The notes below the pieces were generated by a model. The model was not told where the DNA came from and made no database searches. It was given only the letters and a program-made list of their open reading frames with translations. Positions 49,307-57,669 of a DNA stretch of 64,000 nucleotides are shown piece by piece. The position numbers and the translations under genes were made by a program. The stretch covers positions 11,709-75,708 of the forward strand of contig CAWCMH010000001.1 in assembly GCA_963796635.1 (NCBI GenBank). Reading direction: 5' to 3'. This stretch comes from an uncultured Gemmatimonadales bacterium (lineage in GTDB: Bacteria > Gemmatimonadota > Gemmatimonadetes > Gemmatimonadales > GWC2-71-9). The number at the start of each line of letters is the position of its first letter. Position 1 is the first letter of the stretch.

Positions 49307-50465
49307 TCATCCCGACGGCCCCAAGGTGCTCGTTGTCGCCGGTGCGCGACCCAACTTCATGAAGGTGGCGCCGGTGCTGCACGCGCTGCACAGTTACGGG
49401 TGGCGCGCCGTGCTGGTGCACACGGGTCAGCATTTCGATGCCTCCATGTCGGATAGTTTCTTCGCCGATCTCGGCATGGCCGCTCCCGATCATCATCTTG
49501 GCGTGGGCGCCGGCTCGCACGCGGAGCAGACGGCGCGCGTCATGGAACGGTTCGATCCGGTGTTGCAGGCCGAGCAACCGGACTGGGTCGTCGTGGTGGG
49601 GGACGTCAATTCGACGCTGGCCGCGGCGCTGGTGACGGCCAAGCAGCGGCCGCTGCTCGGGTGCCGGTTGGCGCACGTCGAAGCCGGGTTGCGCAGCGGC
49701 GACTGGCGCATGCCCGAGGAAGTGAATCGCGTGGTCACCGATCAGTTGTCGGACCTGTTGCTGACGCATTCACCGGAAGCGGCGACGCATCTCGCGGCCG
49801 AGGGCATCGGCGCGCAGCGGATCGCGTTTGTCGGCAACGTGATGATCGACTCGCTGCTTGCCACGCTACGGCGGTTCCACGACGACGCGCCGTGGGCAGA
49901 TCACGGTCTCGAGCGTGGCGAGTACGGACTGGTCACCCTGCACCGTCCGTCGAATGTCGACGACGCCGACCGGCTGAGCACGCTGCTCGACGGACTGGGG
50001 CGGGTGGCTGACACGCTGCCATTGCTGTGGCCGGTTCACCCGCGGGCCCGCGCAAAGCTCGCCGAGCTGGAGATCCCCGCGGGATTGAGACTGATCGAGC
50101 CGGCGAGTTATCGCAGCATGGTCCACCTGGTCGCGGGCAGTGCGGTGGTGATCACGGACTCCGGTGGTTTGCAGGAGGAGACCAGTGCGCTGGGCGTGCC
50201 CTGCGTCACGCTGCGCGAGAGTACCGAGCGGCCGATCACCGTGACGCATGGCACCAATCGCCTGGTGCCATGGCCGCCGACGGCCGCGTCCATTGCGGCG
50301 ACGGTGGCCGATGTGTGCCATGTCGCGGCGACGGCGCCGGTTCGCCCGGCGACGATCCCGGGTTGGGACGGACATGCGGCGGACCGCGTGGTGGCCGCGA
50401 TGGCCAGTGCACAGCGCGAGGACGGACTGTGCCCGCCCGGCGTGGAGTTGGCGGCTTCGCGATAA
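49303..50465 (+). CDS. wecB: UDP-N-acetylglucosamine 2-epimerase (non-hydrolysing)
   Basis: KVLVVAGARPNFMKVAPV...HTGQHFD...VVGDVNSTLAAAL...HVEAGLRSGDWRMPEEVNR...DSGGLQEETSALGVPCVTLRESTERP. Confidence 0.9.
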
Positions 50466-50702
50466 CCGGTCGCCGGCGGCCGGGGTGTGCCGCGCCGACA
50501 CGCCGTGCTATTTTGCCAGCGGATACGCGCGTCATTGGGACGCGCATCCTGATACGTGCCGTCTCGATCATCGACTGACGCCGCTGCATCGCGCAAGCGC
50601 AGAGCGCGGCGAGGCCGAGACCGGGGACGGCCCCGACAATGGACTGTTGTGAAAAGCCTTCCCGTTCGCGGGCCCGGCCGGGCAACCCACGCCGCCGCCG
50701 CC

Positions 50703-52307
50703 ATGCACCAGACTGACGCGCCCATCCACCATGCGCCCAACGCGGCGCTCCTGATCGACTTCGACAACGTCACGCTGGGCGTGCGATCGGATCTCGCCAA
50801 GGAACTCCGTACCCTGCTCAACAGCGAGATCATTCGCGGCAAGGTGGCGGTGCAGCGCGCGTATGCCGATTGGCGACGCTACCCGCAGTACATCGTGCCG
50901 CTGTCGGAATCGTCGATCGACCTGATCTTTGCCCCGGCCTTCGGCACCGCCAAGAAGAACGCCACCGACATCCGGCTGGCGGTCGATGCGGTCGAGCTGA
51001 TTTTCACGCGGCCCGAAATCGGCACGTTCATGCTGCTGTCGGGTGACAGCGACTTCTCGTCGCTGGTGCTCAAGCTCAAGGAGTACGGCAAGTACGTGAT
51101 CGGGGTGGGCATTCGAGAATCGGCCAGTGATATCCTGATCCAGAACTGCGACGAGTACTACTCGTACAGCGACCTGGCCGGGCTCACTCGCGAAGCCGAC
51201 GTGGCGGGCCCGCCGCGCGATCCGTGGGAACTGGTGGCCGAGGCGATGCAGCAGATGGTGCGCAACGACGACGTGATGCGTGCCGACCGGCTCAAGCAGG
51301 TGATGCAGCAGATCGACCCGGCCTTCGATGAGCGTAACGCCGGCTACAACCGGTTCAGCAAGTTCGTCACCGATGCCGGCGCGCGCGGCCTGATTCGCGT
51401 CGTGAAGCAGGACAACGGGCAGCTCGAGGTGGCGCCCGCTGCCGCAGGCGCGGCGCCGGCACGACGGGACACCAAGAGCAGCGCGGCACCGCCTGTGGCC
51501 GCGCCGCCGGCTGGCGAAGCGGCGGCCGGACGCAGACGTCGCGGCGGACGAGGAGGCCGCGGCGGTCGTGGCGGGGGCGAGCCGGCGGGAGCCGCGGCGC
51601 CCGCAGCGGCGGCGCGCGCGTCGCGCCCGGTGAGTACGGAGTTGACGCTGGCAGAGGCATTCCAGCTGTTGTCGCGCGCGCTCGGCGAACTGCCGGCGCC
51701 GGTGGCGCAGGATGTCCTGCTGGCGCGGATGGCGACGCTGTATGGCAAGGAGGATCCGCTGCTCGAACCGGCGCGCTTCGGCAAACTGCTGCGGCAGGTG
51801 AACGACGCAGAGGTCGCCGATGTGCGGTCGTTGGGCGACGACCGCTACGAGATCTCGCCGCACAAGTCGGATCTTGCGCTGCAGATGCGGCCCACCGAAC
51901 CTGCCGCGACCGATGCCGGCGCGACACCAGCGGTGCGGCCCCCCGCCGCGCTGCGGTTCCGGGGCGGATCGCGGTCGGCCACGCGTCCGGCAGACCTGCA
52001 GATGGTGGGCGTCATCGACTTGTCGGCGAGCGAGCCGAAGACCGAGTCGACGGCGAGCGCGCCAACGGTCGAGCCGATTGCCGTCAGCGCACCGGTGGCG
52101 ACCCCGGCGCCGCCAAAGTCGAAGGCGCGTCGCGGGAAGCGCGGCGGCAAGAAGACCGGCGCGACCGCGGTCGGTACATCGGTCGAGTCGCCGGCGAGCG
52201 CGGTACCCGGAAAGACCGCGACGCCGGCCGAACCGGCAGCACCGAAAACGGGCGGAGCAACCAGGCGATCGACACGCAAGAAGACTTCGAAGCCGCGCGC
52301 CGGCTGA
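50703..52307 (+). CDS. NYN (LabA-like) domain protein with two OST-HTH/LOTUS-like modules, an RGG box and a Lys/Arg-rich tail
   Basis: ALLIDFDNV...AYADW...NATDIRLAVDAVEL...FMLLSGDSDFSSLVLKLKEYGKYVIGVG (NYN). VMRADRLKQVMQQIDPAFDERNAGYNRFSKFVTDA (LOTUS-like). RRRRGGRGGRGGRGGGE. Second LOTUS-like ARMATLYGKEDPLLEPARFGKLLRQV. Start uncertain (50556-50703). Confidence 0.7.
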   Translation: MHQTDAPIHHAPNAALLIDFDNVTLGVRSDLAKELRTLLNSEIIRGKVAVQRAYADWRRYPQYIVPLSESSIDLIFAPAFGTAKKNATDIRLAVDAVELIFTRPEIGTFMLLSGDSDFSSLVLKLKEYGKYVIGVGIRESASDILIQNCDEYYSYSDLAGLTREADVAGPPRDPWELVAEAMQQMVRNDDVMRADRLKQVMQQIDPAFDERNAGYNRFSKFVTDAGARGLIRVVKQDNGQLEVAPAAAGAAPARRDTKSSAAPPVAAPPAGEAAAGRRRRGGRGGRGGRGGGEPAGAAAPAAAARASRPVSTELTLAEAFQLLSRALGELPAPVAQDVLLARMATLYGKEDPLLEPARFGKLLRQVNDAEVADVRSLGDDRYEISPHKSDLALQMRPTEPAATDAGATPAVRPPAALRFRGGSRSATRPADLQMVGVIDLSASEPKTESTASAPTVEPIAVSAPVATPAPPKSKARRGKRGGKKTGATAVGTSVESPASAVPGKTATPAEPAAPKTGGATRRSTRKKTSKPRAG

Positions 52308-52324
52308 GTCCGCGCGCCATACGC

Positions 52325-52837
52325 ATGGCGCGCGCGCTGCTGGGTCGCACGCTCGCCTCCGATCTCGGGGGCGAGCGTGTTTCCGGCATCATCGTCGAGA
52401 CCGAAGCGTATCTGGGAGTGCATGACGCCGCATCTCATGCGTGGCGTCGTCGCCGTCACCGGTTGTACAGCGGCATTTATGCGCCCGCCGGCAGCTGGTA
52501 CGTGTACCGGTCGTACGGCATTCACTGGTGCCTCAACTTGACGACGCCGACACATGACGACGGCGGGGCAGTGCTGATTCGTGCGGTGATGCCGGTGGAA
52601 GGCCTCGAGGTGATGCGGCGGCGGCGGCATGGCGTGCCCGACCGTCAACTGACCAACGGGCCCGGCAAGCTGGGGCAGGCGTTTGCGATCACCGGTGAGC
52701 AGGACGGCATGCTGGCGACGGCCACCAGCCCGTTGCGGCTGCTTGAGGGACCGCGCAAGCGCGGCGTGATCGAAGTCACGCCGCGCATCGGGATCAGCCG
52801 AGCGGCGGAGTGGCCGCTGCGGTTTGTGTTGCGTTGA
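52325..52837 (+). CDS. mpg: DNA-3-methyladenine glycosylase (Mpg/AAG family); N-terminus looks short
   Basis: GIIVETEAYLGVHDAASHA...YVYRSYGIHWCLNL...VLIRAV.P..G...GPGKLGQAF...TPRIGISRAAEWPLRF. In-frame upstream sequence (DFEAARRLSPRAIR) looks family-like but has no start codon. Confidence 0.85.
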   Translation: MARALLGRTLASDLGGERVSGIIVETEAYLGVHDAASHAWRRRRHRLYSGIYAPAGSWYVYRSYGIHWCLNLTTPTHDDGGAVLIRAVMPVEGLEVMRRRRHGVPDRQLTNGPGKLGQAFAITGEQDGMLATATSPLRLLEGPRKRGVIEVTPRIGISRAAEWPLRFVLR

Positions 52838-52871
52838 TCAACAGCGCTGAATTGCTGCCCATGTGTCGGGA

Positions 52872-53510
52872 TTAGTTCCCGATCGACTCCGCGGTTTCCC
52901 GCGTGCTGCCCAGTCCGATCCGCACGCCCGCCATCACGGTCTGCGTCGACCCGCGCAGCAGATTGTCTTCGCTCGGCGAAGTGCCCGCCTGGTACTGCGC
53001 GAAGATGGTGACCCGGCCCATGCGGCCTTGCACACCGAACAGCAAGGTCAGGAATCCGCTGGTCGAATGCGACTTCGCGTCGTCCTGTTCCGCCTGCGCG
53101 GTCGCCGGATCGAGATTCAGGCTGGGATCGACGTGCGGACCGACCACCGTGATCAGGCCGCCACCGCCGCCGAAGTACGGCTCGATCGCGCCCGACACGG
53201 GAAAGGCCAGGAGCACGGCCTGGAAGCGCCGCACGTCGTTGAATTGAATCGAGGACGTCGCGTTCTCGTTGGTGCCGATGCCCTCGTCGACACCGACGAG
53301 CAACGCGCCGCGGTGGGCCATGACGAGGAAATGCGCGCCGACGGCCGGTACCACCTTGGTGTCCTGGACGCGGGTCTGATAGGCCATGGCGCCGGCCTCG
53401 AAACCGATTTTCCACGTGTAGGAGTCGCTGCGTTGCGCGACGGCCGTTCCGGGCAGCACGGCCGCAAGGGCGACCACGCCGGTGGCGAGATAAGACGAGT
53501 AGCGCATCAT
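52872..53510 (-). CDS. small outer-membrane beta-barrel protein (OmpW/OmpA-barrel-like)
   Basis: Signal peptide MMRYSSYLATGVVALAAVLPGTAVAQ. Alternating hydrophobic beta-strand pattern. AGGAGA Shine-Dalgarno upstream. Confidence 0.5.
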   Translation of the reverse strand: MMRYSSYLATGVVALAAVLPGTAVAQRSDSYTWKIGFEAGAMAYQTRVQDTKVVPAVGAHFLVMAHRGALLVGVDEGIGTNENATSSIQFNDVRRFQAVLLAFPVSGAIEPYFGGGGGLITVVGPHVDPSLNLDPATAQAEQDDAKSHSTSGFLTLLFGVQGRMGRVTIFAQYQAGTSPSEDNLLRGSTQTVMAGVRIGLGSTRETAESIGN

Positions 53511-53567
53511 CCAACGGTCTCCTGAAAGAGGCGTTAAGCACGGCTCCGCAAGGAACAGACCGCTGGC

Positions 53568-54779
53568 TCAGATCAGCGCCAGTTGGCGTCCGATCCGCTC
53601 GAACGCCGCCAACGCCTGGTCCAGGTCCTCGCGCCGGTGCGCCGACGACAACTGGCAGCGCACCCGGGCCTGACCCTGCGGCACCACCGGAAAGCCGAAT
53701 CCGGTGACGAACACGCCCTGATCCAGCAGCAGTTCGCTCATCCGGATCGCGGCGGCGGTCTCGCCGAGGATCACCGGCACAATGGGAGTATCGCCCGGAA
53801 GGGGGCGAAACCCGAGAGCCCGCAGCCCCTCGCGGAAATACCGGGCGTTTTCCCGCAGCTGGGTGACCCGGTCGGGCTGGGCCTCGAGGACCTCGATGGC
53901 CGCCAGCGCCGATGCGGCGACCGTGGCCGGCAGCGCATTGGTAAAGAGCTGGGGCCGGGCGCGTTGCATGAGGTAATCGCAGACTGCCGACGACCCGGCG
54001 ACGAACCCCCCCGCCGCGCCACCCAATGCCTTGCCGAGGGTGGAGGTGATGATGTCGACCTGGCCGTGCATGTCGAAGTGTTCGGCGGTCCCGCGGCCCC
54101 CCACGCCGAGGACGCCGGTAGCGTGGGAGTCGTCGAGCCAGACCAGTGCGCCATGCTTGCGACAGACCCGGAAGAGTTCGGGGAGATTGACGATCGATCC
54201 TTCCATCGAAAAGACGCCGTCGCTCACCACCAGCTTGACCTCGCGATCGGACGCGGCCGCGAGCTTGGCGTCGAGGTCGGCGTAGTCGCCATGCTGGAAC
54301 ACGCCGGTCTCGCATTTGGCGATCGACTTGGCGAGCCGCAGCCCGTCGATGATCGAGGCGTGATTGAGCTGGTCGGACAGGACGATGTCGCGCTCGGTAA
54401 GAATGGTCGCCGGGAGCGCCTCGTTGGCGTTCCAGCAGCTCACGAACGACACGGCGGCCTCGGCGCCGACCAGTCGGGCGCACGCGGCCTCGAGATCGCG
54501 ATGAATGGTGAACGTTCCGCAAATGAAGCGGACCGACGCGGTCCCCGCGCCGAAGTCGTCGATGCCGGCCTTGCCGGCGGCCATCACCACCGGATCGTCG
54601 GCGAGGCCCAGGTAATTGTTGGACGACAGAATGATGACTTCGCCGCGGCCTTCCATGCGCACGCGCGGCGCCTGCGGCGATTCGAGATAGTTGAAGGTCT
54701 TGTACACGCCGTCGCGGCGGAACTGTTCCAGTTGACCGCGGATGCGCTGTTCCAGCGCGCCAGCCCCCGTGCCGCTCAT
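53568..54779 (-). CDS. kbl: glycine C-acetyltransferase (2-amino-3-ketobutyrate CoA ligase)
   Basis: SNNYLGL, DQLNHASIIDG, DDSHATG, PLP-lysine context TSTLGKALGG. Start ATG 54779 overlaps the tdh stop (ATGA). The listed 649-aa ORF is an upstream extension. Confidence 0.9.
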   Translation of the reverse strand: MSGTGAGALEQRIRGQLEQFRRDGVYKTFNYLESPQAPRVRMEGRGEVIILSSNNYLGLADDPVVMAAGKAGIDDFGAGTASVRFICGTFTIHRDLEAACARLVGAEAAVSFVSCWNANEALPATILTERDIVLSDQLNHASIIDGLRLAKSIAKCETGVFQHGDYADLDAKLAAASDREVKLVVSDGVFSMEGSIVNLPELFRVCRKHGALVWLDDSHATGVLGVGGRGTAEHFDMHGQVDIITSTLGKALGGAAGGFVAGSSAVCDYLMQRARPQLFTNALPATVAASALAAIEVLEAQPDRVTQLRENARYFREGLRALGFRPLPGDTPIVPVILGETAAAIRMSELLLDQGVFVTGFGFPVVPQGQARVRCQLSSAHRREDLDQALAAFERIGRQLALI

Positions 54780-55819
54780 GGCGCCACCTCCAGGATCACC
54801 TTGCCGGCCGAGCCGTTCTTGATCACGGCAATCGCGTCGGCGATCCGTTCCATCGGAAAGCGATGCGTGACGACCGGATTCGGATCGAGCTGTCCGGACT
54901 GCAGCAGTCGCATCATGTGGATCCAGGTCGAATACATCTTGCGCCCGGTGACGCCGTAGAGGGTGAGTCCCTTGAAGATGACGTCGCGCGCGAAGTCGAC
55001 CTCGGTGGTGCGATTGGGCGTGCCGAGGAGATTGACGCGAGCGCCCGGACGAGCGGCGGCAAACGCGGTGCTGTGCCCCGACGGATGACCGCTCATTTCG
55101 CAGACGAGGTCGACGCCGAGACCACCGGTGAGCTCCCGCGCCCGGGCGACCACGTCGTCGGTGGCGGGATCGAGGACGTACTGGGCGCCCATGCGGGTTG
55201 CCAGCGCTCGGCGGGTGCCGTTGAGGTCGGAGGCGATCACCAGCGAGGCGCCGGCGGCCCGGAGCACGCCGACCGCAAAGCAGCCGATCGGTCCGCAGCC
55301 GATGACCAGGGCGGTGCTGCCGGTGACGTCGCCGCCTTCGAGGGCGGTGTGGACGGCGTTCCCGATCGGGTCCATGATGGCGCCGATGTCGGACGGGATG
55401 CCGTCGAGGTGCATGACGTTGGTGGCCGGCATCGCGATGTATTCGGCAAAGGCCCCGTCGCGATCGACACCGATGATCGACGTGCGCACGCAGAGGTGAC
55501 TGTTGCCGGTGCGGCACGGCACGCAGTGGCCGCAGACGACATGGCCTTCGGCGGTGACGCGGTCGCCGACATGAAAGATGCCGTCGGCAGCGGCCTCACT
55601 ACCGATGGCGGCAACCTCTCCGGCAAACTCGTGACCGATGATGACCGGCGGATGCAATCGCGCCGACGCCCACGCGTCCCATTCCCAGATGTGCAGGTCC
55701 GTGCCGCACACGCCGGCGTGCTGCACGCGGATCAGGATGTCGCGCGTTCCGATGTCGGGAACGGGACGGTCCATCAGTTCCATGCCGATCCCTGGAGCAG
55801 ACTTCACGAGTGCGCGCAT
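54776..55819 (-). CDS. tdh: L-threonine 3-dehydrogenase (zinc-dependent MDR family)
   Basis: MRALVKS...GVCGTDLHIWEWD...GHEFAGEV...CGHCVPCRTG...GCGPIG. Classic tdh-kbl pair. Confidence 0.9.
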   Translation of the reverse strand: MRALVKSAPGIGMELMDRPVPDIGTRDILIRVQHAGVCGTDLHIWEWDAWASARLHPPVIIGHEFAGEVAAIGSEAAADGIFHVGDRVTAEGHVVCGHCVPCRTGNSHLCVRTSIIGVDRDGAFAEYIAMPATNVMHLDGIPSDIGAIMDPIGNAVHTALEGGDVTGSTALVIGCGPIGCFAVGVLRAAGASLVIASDLNGTRRALATRMGAQYVLDPATDDVVARARELTGGLGVDLVCEMSGHPSGHSTAFAAARPGARVNLLGTPNRTTEVDFARDVIFKGLTLYGVTGRKMYSTWIHMMRLLQSGQLDPNPVVTHRFPMERIADAIAVIKNGSAGKVILEVAP

Positions 55820-56403
55820 GCGGGTGTCCGTCGTTGGAATTGCGGTGGAATATGCGCCGCTCGCGCCGCCAGCCCAAGGACCACCGTCGCGACGCGGGCA
55901 CGGAAAAAAGTGGTTTCGTGCCGCCCGCGGACATGTCGGCAACCGACCGCCGTCGGTCGCGCCCGCGCGTCGACATGCCGGGGTCGGACCGCGCGCACGA
56001 GGTCGCGCCGCGGCGCCGCGCGACAACGTGCGGCGCACGACATGCCATGCGCGCGACGCGCACGCCGAGCGAGGGTCACGTGCAAAGCCGTATGGTCAAA
56101 GGCTTGCAGCGTGATGGTTGACATGATCCGTGCGATGTCACACCGCAGTGGACGGTGTGAAGTGTGGTGATGGAGTGTCGCGCCGACCGGGACGACCGCC
56201 CGCTTTTGTCGGAGCCGGTCGGGCGGTCACGCATGGTGCGGTGCACGTCGGCGGCGGATTTCGTGCGGCGGGGGTATTGCGCGCGGAAAGAAACATCCGA
56301 TCTTGTATACGCCGACGCAATTCCGCACCTCGGTGCCGGAGACGTCGCCGCGAGCATCGCACGTACGACGGTGTCTCGCGCAAACCATTCTCAGGGAGGC
56401 TCC

Positions 56404-56535
56404 ATGGCAGCTCGCAAGAAGGCAGCAAAGAAGTCCGCGAAGCGCGGCACGAAGAAGGCCGCCAAGCGCGGCGCGAAGAAGTCCGCCAAGCGTGGTCGCA
56501 AGGCTGCGAAGCGCGGACGCCGGAAGGCTGCGTAA
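56404..56535 (+). CDS. 43-aa Lys/Arg/Ala-rich histone-H1-like basic mini-protein
   Basis: MAARKKAAKKSAKRGTKKAAKRGAKKSAKRGRKAAKRGRRKAA = four to five 8-aa (24-nt) tandem units KK.AKRG.. Strong AGGGAGG Shine-Dalgarno 6 nt upstream. A GCCGGC..GCCGGC hairpin lies downstream. Confidence 0.55.
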   Translation: MAARKKAAKKSAKRGTKKAAKRGAKKSAKRGRKAAKRGRRKAA

Positions 56536-56609
56536 CCGGGCAGCCCTCGCGTTGACTTCGCGAGCGTAGCACACGGGCCGGCGCGGGTTGCCGGCTCGTT
56601 GCTTTGAAG

Positions 56610-56656
56610 TCGTTAGCTGTTAGGCGTTAGCGGTTAGCGGTTAGCGGTGACTAACG
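56610..56656. repeat. tandem heptamer array (NNGTTAG)x5 ending in an inverted CTAAC, immediately downstream of gene 56651..57505
   Basis: TCGTTAG CTGTTAG GCGTTAG CGGTTAG CGGTTAG CGGTGA CTAACG, with GTTAG at 56612, 56619, 56626, 56633 and 56640. Confidence 0.8.
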
Positions 56657-57505
56657 AGCTGCGGCGTTTCGTTCGGGGAGGGCTTCGGCCGGCTTGACGA
56701 AGAGTGCTTCGCGCGCCGCGGTGCCCCGGGGCCGGCGGGGGCCTCGCGCAATCGGTTCGCGCTGCCAGCTGGCGTAATGCCCGGCGAGTCCTTCGGGGCC
56801 GCCGCCCAGCGAATCGGGGACCAGCGCGTGCAGCCCGCCGGGCGCCGTGATGGCCTGCAACTCCGCCAGCAGCACCCGGCGCTCGCCGGGGGTCAATGAC
56901 GCCAGGGTGCCGGCGTCGATCACCACCAGAACAAAGTCGCTGGCGATGGCGGGCAGCCACTGGCCGAACTGGACGCAGATGGCCTGAAAGGTCGACGACA
57001 GCGATTCCATCGCGATGCGGTGTTCGGCGCGATCGACGACACCGAAATCGCGGTCGAGAAAGGTGACCACACCGTCGTGGGCCGCGAGCAGGTAGGCGCA
57101 CGGCTCGGCACCACTGCCCACCACCAGCACCGGATCGTCAGGCTCAACGCGCTGGGCCAGGGTCGCCACCAGATGGGTGGCGTCGAGTCCCCAATGTCCG
57201 GGGTCGCACTGGGCGGCGCGCAACTTGGGGTACGACTTGCGCCAGCTTTCGAATCCGCGGATGCCGAGCCGCTTCTTGATGAAGTCGTCGACGGCGGTTT
57301 GCGCCAGCACCTCGGTGAGCAGAAACTGTTCCTCCCCGCGCAGGTCGACCATGGCCTCGTCGGCCTGCCGCAGCAGTTCTTCACGCGAGATGGAATTCTT
57401 GTAGTGCTCGATCCGGTCCATGATGTAGAGATCGTACTGCTGCCGCAGCGATCGCAGGGAACGGCGTTTGCGCGCGGTGGCCAGCAGTTGCTGCGCAGTG
57501 AGCAT
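56651..57505 (-). CDS. hypothetical protein, possibly SAM-dependent methyltransferase-like
   Basis: Intact 284-aa ORF. PVLVVGSGAEP and VLVVIDAG resemble Rossmann-type motifs. No confident family assignment. Confidence 0.4.
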   Translation of the reverse strand: MLTAQQLLATARKRRSLRSLRQQYDLYIMDRIEHYKNSISREELLRQADEAMVDLRGEEQFLLTEVLAQTAVDDFIKKRLGIRGFESWRKSYPKLRAAQCDPGHWGLDATHLVATLAQRVEPDDPVLVVGSGAEPCAYLLAAHDGVVTFLDRDFGVVDRAEHRIAMESLSSTFQAICVQFGQWLPAIASDFVLVVIDAGTLASLTPGERRVLLAELQAITAPGGLHALVPDSLGGGPEGLAGHYASWQREPIARGPRRPRGTAAREALFVKPAEALPERNAAAR

Positions 57506-57547
57506 GCAACAAGGTCGTGAATTGAGGGGCAGGGGTCAAGCGAGGAG

Positions 57548-57661
57548 GCGTTAGGCGTTAGCTGTTAGGCATTAGGCATTGGGGTCCGGCGTCGCGCGGG
57601 TGCCCGCCGGCAGCGGCTATTCGCTCGCGGCTGACTAATGCCTAAAGCCTAACGCCTAACG
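57548..57661. repeat. inverted pair of heptamer arrays (GCGTTAG GCGTTAG CTGTTAG GCATTAG ... CTAATGC CTAAAGC CTAACGC CTAACG) forming a ~27-bp stem with a ~55-nt GC-rich loop
   Basis: Read directly. Lies between the stop of 57670..58824 and the start of 56651..57505 (both minus strand). Possible terminator or REP element. Confidence 0.75.
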
Positions 57662-57669
57662 ACTACTGA

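Noticed and set aside
53547-53562. CGGTCT-GTTCC-TTGCG (minus strand) upstream of the small OMP gene
   Set aside because: Spacing is correct and TTGC is present, but the -24 half matches only the GG. It also lies directly against the kbl stop. Too weak to call.
57548-57661. TTAGGC units resembling a eukaryotic (nematode-type) telomere repeat
   Set aside because: The period here is 7, not 6. There are only 4-5 units, arranged as an inverted pair inside a bacterial intergenic region. The resemblance is coincidental.
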